Positions 1 through 11,974 of a stretch of DNA of 64,000 nt are shown piece after piece (position 1 is the first letter of the stretch; each line of letters opens with the position of its first letter). The translations under genes were made by a program, and so were the position numbers. This DNA is from Octopus vulgaris (lineage: Eukaryota), in NCBI GenBank assembly GCA_951406725.2, contig OX597836.1, forward strand, positions 31,248,001 to 31,312,000, read 5' to 3'. Below the pieces are notes generated by a model. The model had not been told where the DNA came from and did not search any database. It saw only the letters and a program-made list of their open reading frames with translations.

Positions 1-235
1 ATATTATAAACACTTGCAGAGATAGAAAAACAAAAACAATTATGTAACTATTATACTTCAACTTAGTGTTTACAAGATCAATTTTACTTACATAAGAACC
101 TCATCAGGTAATCTAAGATGGGAGGTTGTAATTTAAATATAAACTCTTTGAAACAACAGGTAACCTCAAGTGTATTGGTATCAAAAAGGTTAAACATTAG
201 CCTGTCAAGTTATTAAACTAATATATATATATATG

Positions 236-383
236 TGTACATTTTCTCTCCCTATTTCTTTCTGTGGAAGAGTGTAGGCTTGAAATGTTAAAGACTTTTT
301 CACTTCCCGAGCGTTAAGCTAATACATCTGTTTGTTGTCTACACCACCTGTCTTCGTCTTTTGTTTTTTTTGCAAATTCTCCC
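236..383 (+). mobile_element. Penelope-like terminal fragment (family A) with hammerhead-like motif, inserted in (TA)n
   Basis: Flanked by (TA)n on both sides and homologous to 42124-42325(-). 257-294 reads TCTTT-CTGTGGA-A-GAGT gtag GCTT-GAA-ATGT-T-AAAGA. Confidence 0.55.
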
Positions 384-420
<37 letters not shown>

Positions 421-1095
421 GTGTATGTATGTATGGAGGGAGAAAGGTTGATTTCTCAATGAATAAATACAATAACGTCACCAATTTGACATTATGAGAA
501 GAACAATCCAACAGGCAAGAATTTGGTCAGAAAATCACCAAGACCAAAAAAAGAAAAATCCTTTAACCCTTTTGATTCTAACTCACCTGAGGTTACCTCT
601 GATTCTATGATTGAATATTACTGTATTAAAATGATCTAAATTAAAGCTTTCCCTCAGTTTCATGTTAAATTTATGATCCAAACACCATCTTAATGACAAA
701 ATTACTATACAAAATTCTTCACTGTCTGCAAACTTAATTGAAACAAAGAAATGCATTTGAACCGAAATATGGTAATGGAAGGGTCAGAGATTCCCCGTTA
801 TCATTATACTATTTTCTACCGAAAAAGAAAAAAAAAATACAATATATGATATTAAAATCCCAAGTCAGAAGCAAACTTCAAAATACCCATACACAAATAT
901 GCTTATATAACGTGCTGTTCCATGAATGTATGTATATGCGTGTGTGTGTGTATATATATATATATACATACATATACACACACTTTAATGCTCTAAAACT
1001 AAAGGTTAGATCTGGTCAAGCTGAAGGGAAAACAACAACAATAACTATTTAAAAATACTGAAGGCCAAGTGAATATACAGTTTATAATGTCTTAC

Positions 1096-1223
1096 CACTT
1101 GAAGTGCGCACATTTCCTAGTTCCCCAATCCTGCTGCTTGCGTAATTCTCCACGAAACGGCCATCTATGGCACAACATCCCACAGAGGAACGTTTTTGCA
1201 CTCATCTTTACAAATGTCAACAT
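1096..1223 (-). CDS. Candidate alternative first coding exon of the cytohesin gene
   Basis: ATG at 1205 (aagATG) with an in-frame ATG at 1223, preceded by an in-frame TGA. The open frame (MLTFVK)MSAKTFLCGMLCHRWPFRGELRKQQDWGTRKCAHFK+TG ends at a strong donor TG|gtaaga in phase 2. The sequence is non-repetitive and retains CpGs. A TCAGTC initiator-like motif lies at 1334-1339 on the minus strand. Confidence 0.55.
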
Positions 1224-1912
1224 GTATCAATAGTAATGCACTATTGGCACTGTTATGTTGAAACGATAAATAAAACGACACAGTTTCGTATTGTTTCTTT
1301 CGTTTGTTTCTTAAAAAACTTATTATTTTCAAGGACTGATTGTATTAAAATTCCAATAAATATCAAAATGTAAACCAAAAAAAAAAAAAAAAAGTGCTTT
1401 CAAATCGTCGACATGTTAAAGCACCATTGCTATTTCACATGGACGTTCGCTTTATACATGCAACCACCATCATGAGACGAATGCAGATGAGGTACTAACA
1501 CAGAGTCACTGTAATGAACCTAGAGCAATAACAATTAACAATGGTGGTAATTATTTAAAAAATAATCAGCCAATCAAAGCCATAAATGATTGATTGTAAT
1601 TCTGCACCCAACCCAACCCAACCAACTCTCTCTTTCTCATATACACACATACTTGTATTTATATATCTGTATGTGTGTGTATATATATATATATATAGAG
1701 AGAGAGCAATAGCTAGAGCTTTTCTAATCAGTCCTATTGGCCAGGTGTTTATAAATATCCTCCATGTTTACATAAGCCCAATGCTTTAATTGTAGCTATG
1801 GCAGGCAGACAATGAGTATTGATCAGGTTTGCAACAGTGTTTGTCATTATCTAATCTCAGATTACTGTGTAGAGTCAGGGCTTACTTCATCCTTTTACTC
1901 ATCAAATAGTGG

Positions 1913-1946
<34 letters not shown>

Positions 1947-1977
1947 TATTCAGTAATCAACAGTAGAAGTTATTCAT

Positions 1978-2020
<43 letters not shown>

Positions 2021-2033
2021 TGATAATGATAAT
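1913..2033 (+). repeat. (TAA)n/(TGA)n microsatellite blocks
   Basis: Directly visible. Confidence 0.9.
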
Positions 2034-3625
2034 AACCATAATCAGTAGCCACAGTACACAAATATCATTAATAATAATTATCACTTATAACAAAACAGGA
2101 TTTCTGACATTGGCACAAGGCCATGCATTTAAAGGGGACAATTATCTGAATTGACCCCCCCACCCTACTCCAGCCCAAGACTAACATCTGTTTTATCAAC
2201 ACTACCAAATAAAGTATTTATGTAATTGCTTTTGTTTAACCCCAGGTCAGCCTGGATCAAGCAGTCTTATGACGAAAGCTGATTTACAAACGCACCTCCG
2301 GCTCTATTTTTGTTTTTCAGGAAACCCAAGACCACATTATGTAAAGTGTCCTTATCTAAAAACAGCAGGTTGGGACTTGACACAGGTCTGGATGCTGTTT
2401 TTTGTAGGTCAAGCTAACCTTATTGGCTTATATCTATGTAGTTGCTTGGACTGCCAAAAATATCAGACAAATCTGATTTAAATTACACAACTATTGATTT
2501 AAAGTTTAAAAAAAGACACATTGAATAATATCATCGTAGATACATTGACTGGCACTCTGTCAGTTCCAGTTGATCCGATCAATGGAACAGCCTCCTCGTG
2601 ATGTCAGTTCCAGTTTATCTGATCAATGGAACAGCCTCCTCGTGAAGTTAATGTACAAGTGGCTGAGCACTCGACAGGCATGTGTGCCCTTAATGTAGTT
2701 CTCAGGGAGATTCAGTGCGACACAGAATGTGACAAGGCCGATCCTTTGAATTACAGGTGCAACTCATGTTGGCCAGCTGAGTGGACTGGAGCAATGTGAA
2801 ACAAAGTGTCTTGCTCTAGGACACAACGCACAGCAGGGAATCAAACTCATGTATTTACGAATGTGAGCTGCTTACTCTAAGTACTAAGGCACATGCCTTC
2901 ATTCACAGAGACATTATGTCTAAAGAAAGAAAAACAAAACAATGGGTTGGTCATTGAGTAAAGATCTGAACAAGGGCTAATTTACAAACAATCACAGAGA
3001 CAGTATTAGAAACAAAATAACACACATGTAAAACAATGAGTGTATGCACACACACACACACACACACACACATTCCAATTAGACTAGCATCAAAACTGAT
3101 ACTCGAACCCTGAGTCCACCTTTAGGCATACACAAAATAGACACCACAGTATTATCAAGCAATATATGGTATTTTAAATACCAATATTTGGGCTGGATAC
3201 GGTTGGTTTAAACACTAAAGGGTTAAATGCCCTTGTCCAAGATGCCAAGCAGTGAGGTTGAACCCAAGAAACCATGGTTGCCAAACAAACTTCTTAACCT
3301 AGCCAATGGTTCCCAACCTTTTCACTATCAAGGACTCTTTTTATTTAAATGAGTTTTCTCACAGACCCCTTTTAATAACCTTATCCTTATCTGTGTATGT
3401 GTGTATATATATAAATAATTAGAAAATGAAAAACAGATTAACCAGCGCATCAATAGGACTACACTTTAAAGCATATTTATTGATACCAATTGTATATATG
3501 GATATTTTATCCCTTAGCTGGTTACTACAACCGCTAACTCTCTTCGTATATTTATATATACACACACACACACACACACGTGTGTATATATATATGTGTG
3601 TGTGTGTGTGTGTATATATATCAGT

Positions 3626-3889
3626 TCGATGACTGGCATCCATGCTAGTGGAGCACTAAGAGCACCATCTGAGCGTAATCATTGTCGGAGCAACAAACTG
3701 GCTTCTGTGGTGGTGGCACGTAAAAGCACCCACTACACTCTCGGAGTGGTTGGTATTAGGAAGGGCATCCAGCTGTAGAAACTCTGCCAAATCAAGATTG
3801 GAGCCTGGTGCAGCCATCTGGTTTGCCAGACCTCAGTCAAATCGTCCAACCCATGCTAGCATGGAAAGCGGATGTTAAACGATGATGAT
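3626..3889 (+). mobile_element. RTE 3'-end fragment or RTE-tailed short element
   Basis: Shares aaagcacccactacactctcggagtggttgg...catgctagcatggaaagcgga(c/t)gttaaac(gat)n with the 3' end of the RTE at 4550-4727. Confidence 0.75.
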
Positions 3890-3897
3890 TATATATC

Positions 3898-4725
3898 GTC
3901 ATGTGGCGAGAATGGATGAAGATAGGTGTGTGAGAAAGTGCCAATCCCTAGCAGTTGAGGGAACCCGTGGAAGAGGTAGACCCAGGAAAACCTGGGACGA
4001 GGTGGTGAAGCACGACCTTCGGACGTTAGGTCTCACCATGGAAATGACTAGAGACCGAGACCTATGGAAGTATGCTGTGCGTGAGAAGACCCGGCAAGAC
4101 TAGTGAAGCCATAATCCGTGGCCCCTACCTGGGACGTAGTCAGTCCACCTGTGCATACCTTCCTTCTTGTGACACTTGTGAAGACCTGTTGAGGCAAGTG
4201 AGAATCGAATCGTATCGAATCAAATCGAACCAAATCAAAATAGATGAACATCAATGGAATTTGTATCCTTGTGGTACCAGTGCCGGTGGCACATAAGAAA
4301 ACCATCCGAACGTGACCGTAGCCAGTACCGCAATGACTGGCCTCCGTGCTGAGGGCACGTAACAAACACCATCCGAGCGTGGCCGTCCGCCAGCCTCGTC
4401 TGGCACCTGTGTCGGTGACACATAAGAAAACACCATCCGAGCGTGGCCGTCTGCCAGCCTCGTCTGGCACCTGTGTCGGTGGCACATAAAAAACACCATC
4501 CGAGCGTGGCCGTCTGCCAGCCTCGTCTGGCACCTGTGTCGGTGGCACATAAAATCACCCACTACACTCTCGGAGTGGTTGGCGTTAGGAAGGGCATCCA
4601 GCTGTAGAAACACTGCCACATCTGACTGGCCTGGTGCAGCCTTCGGGCTTCCCAGACCCCAGTTGAACCGTCCAACCCATGCTAGCATGGAAAGCGGACG
4701 TTAAACGATGATGATGATGATGATG

Positions 4726-4727
<2 letters not shown>
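3898..4727 (+). mobile_element. 5'-truncated RTE-clade LINE (ORF C-terminus, 3' UTR, (GAT)n tail)
   Basis: HVARMDEDRCVRKCQSLAVEGTRGRGRPRKTWDEVVKHDL...DRDLWK* is a typical RTE C-terminus (GxRxRGRPxxxW; stop at 4101-4103). The 3' UTR contains ~63-bp tandem units and ends ...GGACGTTAAAC(GAT)n. Confidence 0.85.
4288..4560 (+). repeat. ~63-bp tandem repeat within the RTE 3' UTR
   Basis: Three near-identical units of caccatccgagcgtggccgtctgccagcctcgtctggcacctgtgtcggtggcacataaaa plus one diverged upstream unit. Confidence 0.85.
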
Positions 4728-4756
<29 letters not shown>

Positions 4757-5330
4757 ACAGTAATACAGACCCCCAGTATTACCTTTGCAGACCACCAGGG
4801 GTCTGTGGACCACAGGTTGGCAACCACTGCACTAAGCCAACACACACCTTTCCTTTGCCTTTGTCATTCTCTTTTCTTCTACAAAAGGCCTTTCAGCATT
4901 TCTAGCAAAAGTTATTTATAAGCTTTTTTTATCTTTAAACTCAGTGAATTTCTTTTTTTTCTAATCAGTCTATTATATTAAGTGGAGCACTTTTCCACAT
5001 TTGAAACGAATGGCAATATGATACTAGTCGCAACTTGAGAAGTTCAAACTTCAAAATAAAAACTATAGACTATTTCTTATATTGATTTCTTTATCATTTA
5101 CTTAGTGAATCCAAGCTTTTATCTAATTATGTATATAACATGCCAGAGTGGTTAAAAAGCTTGTGTTTCAACTACATGGCTATAGGTTTGATCCCACCTC
5201 AAGCACCCCGGACAAGTGTAGTATGTTCTAGCCTTGGATTTCATCATCATTTTAATGTCCACTTTTCTAAGCTCGCATGGGTCAGATGGAGTTTACTGAG
5301 GCAGATTTTCTATGGCTGGATGCCCTTCCT

Positions 5331-5548
5331 ATTTCTTTACTACCCACAAGGGGCTAAACACAGAGAGGACAGACAAGGAGATAAAGTCGATTACATCGAC
5401 CCCAGTGCGTAACTGGTACTTAATTTATCGACCCCGAAAGGATGAAAGGCAAAGTCAACCTTGGCGGAATTTGAACTCAGAACATAACGGCAGACGAAAT
5501 ACGGCTACGCATTTCGCCTGGCGTGCTAACATTTCTGTCAGCTCGCCG
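5331..5548 (-). mobile_element. Young tRNA-derived SINE (Meta/MESC-like middle domain) with long TSD
   Basis: Flanked by the exact direct repeat tctatggctggatgcccttcct (5309-5330 and 5549-5570). The minus strand has a B-box-like GAGTTCAAATTCC and gcctttcatcctttcggggtcgataaattaagtaccag. Decayed relatives at ~14890-15010, 32240-32430, 35190-35470, 49180-49280, 49530-49735, 57150-57350 and 62720-62905. Confidence 0.8.
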
Positions 5549-6275
5549 TCTATGGCTGGATGCCCTTCCTGTCACCAACCTTCACCTGTTTCCAAATAAG
5601 GTAATATTTCCCTATGGCCAGATATGTTCTTGTACAATAATGGAAATGAATGACATAGCTTATAACACACACACACACACACGATAGGCTTCTTTTACAT
5701 TTTCTGTCAACCAAATCTATTCACAAGGCTTTGGTCAGCTTGAGGTTATAGCAGGAGACACATGCTCAAGGTGGCACACATTGGGACTGAACCCAGAAGC
5801 ACGTGGTTGTAAAGCAAATGTCTTTACTACACAGTCACACAGACAATGAAACTTGGTAGACAAAATCTGTACACAAGAGCATCATGTTTATATACACATG
5901 TTGGTGTAAATAGTAGCACACTGGTTGTGAAAACAGAAGTGTAGGTTTGAGTCCTACATGTACAGAAAGCTCATATTTTTCTGTTGAGGGCTTATATGCC
6001 TCAATATGAGATTATTTTCTTTAGTCAATACATGGTGGTCACTTATAAGCTTTAAGCTTAATAATATAATGAAATAATAAAATATATATATATATAAAAA
6101 TTTATAAGTATAAATTAATAATTAAAAAATTTTTTTTAATTTTAACTTTAAATTTAAATAATTTAAATTTTGAATTTTATATTTTATATATCTTGTATAT
6201 TATATTAATTTTATTTCTATGTTTTGGTTTATGGTTTTCACTGATTTGCCTAATAGTGGTTTTATCTCTAATTTA

Positions 6276-6312
<37 letters not shown>

Positions 6313-6838
6313 TACATACACACATGCATGTGTAAGAGATAGAGATGGGGAGTGAGTATATGTGTCTGAGCTTTCACCATCTATACTGAACATAGGTCTA
6401 AAAACTAGTGTTTATGTCGTACTCCTGTCTGTTATACCCCCACCCAAGTGGTTAAACAAGTTGGTAATTGGTAAAATGATTATCAGAACTATGTTAATAT
6501 GATGACTGAAGATGCTCCAGCAAGGTACCCTGTGCAAGCACTTTCTACTCTTGTCATGAGCCAACCAAGTGAGTGAATTTCATGAGACAGAAACTGTGTG
6601 GAAGTTTGTTGTTTAACCCCCAGCACAGCTCTTGACAACCAGCGTTGGTTTGTTCATATCCTTGTAGCTTAGTGGTTCAGTGAAGAGAGATTGACAAAAT
6701 AAGTACCAGACTTAAAAATACTAGGGTCGATTTGAGTAAATCCTTTAAGGTAGTGTTGCAGCATGGCTTTAGTACAAGGACTAAATGGAGAGAGAGAGAG
6801 AGAGGGTGAGTGAGAGAGAGAGAGAGAGAGTGTGTGAG

Positions 6839-7087
6839 AGCCTTTTCTGAAGTCATATAGACGCATAAGGCCAGTATTTCCTGGTTTCTGTGCCATATAT
6901 ATTCCACGCCCTGGATGGGATACCAGTCATTCACAGGGTTTACTCATTTTCGCCAGTTGAGTGAACTGGAGCAACATGAAATAAAGTGTTTTGCCCAAGA
7001 ACACAAAGCATCGCCTGGTCCAGGAATCGAAATCACTGTCTTGCGATCGGGAGTGTGACACCTGTAACCACTAAGCCATACGCCTCC
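6839..7087 (-). mobile_element. tRNA/CORE-like SINE with a different (V-like) tail
   Basis: Same head and core as 57754-58076, followed by aaccctgtgaatgactggtatcccatccaggg. A plus-strand relative lies at ~54154-54392. Confidence 0.7.
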
Positions 7088-8857
7088 ACATGTATATGCA
7101 AACATGGGTGTTGTTCGGAAATGAAGAAGCCAGCTAAACAAAAGTGACGAGATTTTTGCTGGAAATCATTGAAACGGATTTAAAGACCAAAGGTTACGTT
7201 ATCTAAGTTTGTCTTGTTTCTGAGGGCTGTCTTCGTGTTTCTGCTGTTTGTTCAGTACTTCATACAAAAGAAATGGTAACGGAACACTTTCCTCTCCATA
7301 CCATCATCAACAACAACAACACCACCACCACCCTGCCACTCTCCCATCAGTGTAAGTAGCTATCAATAATGTAAAATAATCAATCAATCACAGAAATAGT
7401 TAGAAATGGGGAAGTAAGGAGAAGTGTGTGTGTGTGTGTGTGTATGTGGGGGGAAGTTGGTTGGTTTAGTTTTTCTGTAATTAGCTAATGGACATTGAAT
7501 TAAATCTGTATGTATATCAATGTCAATTAGATATTAGTAGTCGAAATGGAGAGAAAAAGTAGAAAGAAAAGGAGGAAAAAAGAAAGAAATAGAAAGGAAG
7601 AACTAATATTTTCCATCTTTTCTGGAAACTTCTGATTATAAAAAAAGAATAAATAAATAAAAAAATCCTTGTTTTTAAAAAAATGAAACATTAAAACCTG
7701 CCCACTGTATGTGTGTCTATGCCCACAAGAATATGTAAAAGTGTGACTTGGTGATTTGGTGGAACTAGCAGTTGATAAAATAAAAGCCCAGACTAAAACA
7801 AGTGCTGGGGTGAATATGATCAACGGACGGAATCCCTTGAAAGTGGTGGCCATGTATGTCCCTGGGTTGATTCCTGAAGTGACTGGCAAAAGAATAAAAT
7901 AAAGAAAAAAGTCTGCCATCACTATATACTGTTACTCCTCTCTCTCTCTTGCTCTCCTCACGTTGCTTCCTCAGTTGTTGTTTTGAGTGAAAGTACACAT
8001 TGTACTGAATACTATGCTTTTATTTGTTCCAGTCATTTGATTGTGGCCATGCTGGAGTACCTCGAAGGATTTTAGTCGTACAAATTGAGCCCAGGACTTA
8101 TTTCTTAAGCCTAGAACTAACGTGCTAACGTTTCTGCCGGCTAGCACCGCCTTTTTCTTTTTGTCACGACATTCTCGGAATCACTGAAGAATAAATTCAA
8201 AAGCAGCTCGATTTATATGAAGTAATTAATGTAGCTATTATAAACAAGATCCACATACTATCTTAAAAAAGACCATGTGGGGCGAAATAGCATCATCTGT
8301 GACAACCTATCCAACCCATGCCAACATGGAAAAGGGAAGTAAAAATGATGATGGAATATATTATATACAGTAGAGGATGTTTATTATAATCTCCAATAAT
8401 GTTAAAGAGATTTTCTCCTTTTACTTTATATGTCTTGTAACATACTCAGCAATTTCACTAGTGCTGGCAGCACCTAGTACACACTGTAATATGGCTGATG
8501 TCATGAAGAGCATCCAACCATGGGAACCACGCCAAAGCTGTCACTGGAACTTGGCATGGCCATGAAACTCATCAAATCCTGTCATACCGTTCAACCCAGG
8601 CCAACATAAGAAATGGACGTGAGATGATGCTAATGATGATGATAATGATTATGATGATGATAACAGATGCTAAATTTTCCTAACATTAAATTATTTTTGA
8701 AAGAGTTCATGGATAAATTTTTAATTATAGAAATACATTTTTAATTATATAAATATAATATTATAGTTTAGACATAAACAGTAAAAAGAGAGGTCTTCTA
8801 TTAAAGACTAAGAAACAGCCCTGGATAAGTTGATATTGAAATGGTTAAATGTTGTAA

Positions 8858-8888
<31 letters not shown>

Positions 8889-9444
8889 GAATAAAAAACC
8901 CCAACTAATTCCACCAGCTGGTTCGGATTCTAATAGAATTACACCAAGAGAATGAATGTCTTCGAGAGAAATTCACTTTAACCACTACCAACAGCAGCGA
9001 AAATGGAATTGAAATGTGAAATTATATTATGTCTGCAGCAGTGGAAAATTGAACGGAATCTGGAAACATTCATAGAAATACTTCAATGGAATCTATTCTA
9101 TTTAACATGGAAATGAAATTGTCTTTTAGAATAGTTATTCCTTATATAGTCAGTCGTCCTGAAATGGTAACAAGACAACATACTGAGGTTGAAGACAATT
9201 ACTGCAAACTTCTGGCAGCAATGTTGAATGGATGTTGCCAAATATATGGAATTATGAGAAAGAATTATGGCATTTGGACTGTCTCCATAATGGTCATTAA
9301 CACTCTCAGATCTATGGTCGTTGATTGTTGACGCTATTGTTGATCCTTAAGACCACAGAACAATGAACATCATGGCTCTATATATTAGACATTACACCAC
9401 CTTCGCAATCAATAATCATTATGCATTAACACACACATATGTAT

Positions 9445-9484
<40 letters not shown>

Positions 9485-9935
9485 GCTGTTTTGAGGTGGA
9501 GTGTACTCATAGTAAATACAGACCTTGAATAACATAAAAAGTGGTTAAGTGAGATCTGAAGTATTAGGACAGACAGAAGGAGCCGAACTCTTATTCCCAT
9601 CATTCCATTCTTTGTTGAAATATTTATTCAGGCATAAATGTTTAAATACAAACTGGGCTTATCATACTCTCGTCCCCGCCTCTCCTCTGTAAGGCCAAAG
9701 GAGATTTGGGAATTATAGAAATGAGCCACAGAACAGCCATCAAGAACAACCTTACACAGTTATGTGTAAACATATTTAGATGACTATAGGCATAGGCAGG
9801 GGTGTGTGGTAAGAAATGTGCTTTCCAACCACACTGTTCTAGGTTCAGTCCCACTGCATGGCACCTTGAGCAAGTGTTTTCTATTATAGCCTTGGGTTGA
9901 TCAAAGCCTTGTGAGTGGATTTGGTAGATGGAAAG

Positions 9936-9988
<53 letters not shown>

Positions 9989-10425
9989 CCCTACCACTGT
10001 TTGACAACTGGTGTTGATATGTTTACATCTCTGTAACTTAGCAGTTCAGCAAAAGAGACTGATAGAATAAGTACCAGCCATTAAAAACAGAAAAAAGTAC
10101 TGTTCCTCAAAGTAGTGCCCCAGCTGGGTCACAGTCTAAGGATTGAAACAAGATATAAAAAAAAAAAATGGCTACTTTATACATACATCACAATTCTTTC
10201 CGTTTCGAGTAAGGAAACCACCCACCTGCAGATAATTTGGGGGACAGGAGGAGGAGGTGGAGGGCATAGTGTACACATGCATATGAGCAGTGTAATGCGA
10301 GAGGCCCATAACCAGAGGAGCGGAACTGTATCAACAAAGAAGGGAAGCAGAATGTGAAGAAACTCAACAACACAGATTACAGACTTACTTCTCACTCTCT
10401 CTCTCTCTCCTATATCCCTCCCTAC

Positions 10426-10440
10426 CTTGTCATTGCAGGT
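10426..10440 (-). CDS. Candidate 15-nt frame-preserving microexon
   Basis: gtgcccccttgccatcttttacag|ACCTGCAATGACAAG|gtaggg. It is open in phase 2 (xxA CCT GCA ATG ACA AG) and has TGC motifs just upstream of the acceptor. A pattern this short could arise by chance. Confidence 0.3.
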
Positions 10441-10773
10441 CTGTAAAAGATGGCAAGGGGGCACGATGAACAGACAACATCGTTGTTACGTCATAAAGAC
10501 TGGGTAAGCTAAATGCGTATTGCTCTATCAGCGAAGAGACAGGTTAACCCTTTAGCATTCAGTTCACTCTGCCAAATGTGATGTATATTTATTCGCATTG
10601 TTTTGAATTATTCGTGCATTATTTCGGAGCTTGGAGATTTCGATGGTGTGATTTTCTGACATACAAGTCAACATAATAATATATATTGTAAACAAACACT
10701 CAAAACACATCATCACTATCTGTCCAAATCCTGCTGCATTTCACATGGATTTTTGGTTCCCCCAAAGTCATTT

Positions 10774-11155
10774 TAGGGTGTAAGTCAGTCAGCCTACCAT
10801 TTTGGGTTACAAATTTTAGCCTGAAACATTCAACTTTTATGCCAGAAAAATTGGGTAGTCATGTAGTAAGGTCTCATAAATAAAACTTATACTGTTTCTT
10901 GTGATGAGACAGGGGTGGCTGTGTGGTAAAAAGCTTGCCTCCCAACCACATGGTTTTGGGTTCAGTCCCACCGTGTAGCACTTTGGGTAAGTGTGTTCTA
11001 CTATAGACTTGAGCCAACCCCTGTCTCATCACAAGAAACAGTATAAGTTTTATTTATGAGACCTTACTACATGACTACCCTATTTTTCTGGCATAAAAGT
11101 TGAATGCTTCAGGCTAAAATTTGTAACCTAAAATGGTAGGCTGACTTACACCCTA
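10774..11155. repeat. Inverted duplication with ~145-bp arms around a SINE head
   Basis: 10774-10920 is the reverse complement of 11012-11155, with a few mismatches and a 4-nt indel. Confidence 0.9.
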
Positions 11156-11974
11156 GATGGAAACTGAAAGAAGCTCATTGTATATGTATACATATATATT
11201 TATGTGTGTGTATATTTGTGTCTGTCCCCCCCACTATTGGTTGACAACTGATGTTGGTGTGTTTATGCCCCTGTAACTTTGCAGTTCGACAAAAGAAACC
11301 GATAAAGTACAAGGCTTACAAAAAATAAAGTCATGGGGTTGATTTGTTTGACTAAAACCCTTTAAGGTAGTGCTTCAGCATGGCCACAGCCAAATGACTG
11401 AAACAAGTAAAAGAATAAAAGAATATGTTGTCACTTTACCTGTTAGTAACAACAGCCAAATCTCCCTCAAATCACACTCTATTGACAAATGACACACACA
11501 CACATGCAATTTTCTTCTAATATGTCACATAATTTCAGGTTCTGCCTTATTGTGTGCTACCTTGGGCAAGTGTCTTCTATATATAACCTCAGGGTAACCA
11601 AAGTCTTGCAAGTGAAATTTAATAGACAGAAAATGTATGGAAAGCTATGGTATATATTGCAGCCTACCACACACACATGCATGTGTACGTAGGTGTTTGT
11701 TTCTGTGTGTCTTCACACTTGATATTATTTGAGCAAAATATGTTAGAAATATGTCTGGTAGCCTGGCAGTTTCATCAATTTCAATATATGAAGAGCAGTG
11801 GAGCAAAATATGCTCTACTTGAAAAAGAAGGGTTGGCAACAGGAAGAGCATCCAGCCATAAAATACTACCCCAAGCCATACCAGCTTGGAAAAAGTGGAG
11901 ATAGAAATGGTTATAATGATGATGACGATGATCATTATTATCATCAACACTGCAACATCTGATCATAGCTATAT

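Larger units (their letters stand above)
3304..4829. mobile_element. hAT-type MITE expanded by nested insertions
   Basis: Termini CAATGGTTCCCAACC (3304) and GGTTGGCAACCACTG (4829) enclose microsatellites and two RTE pieces. The TSD is not clearly preserved. Confidence 0.5.

Noticed and set aside
4288-4560. CRISPR-like regular repeats
   Set aside because: The units are contiguous with no unique spacers, the context is a eukaryotic LINE UTR, and there are no cas genes.
4048-4688. Repetitive ORFs on the minus strand (107-166 aa)
   Set aside because: They are antisense translations of the tandem repeat in the RTE 3' UTR.
8910-9360. Coding-like composition with an 81-aa ORF
   Set aside because: No recognisable protein motif or splice structure. 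It may be an old transposon remnant.
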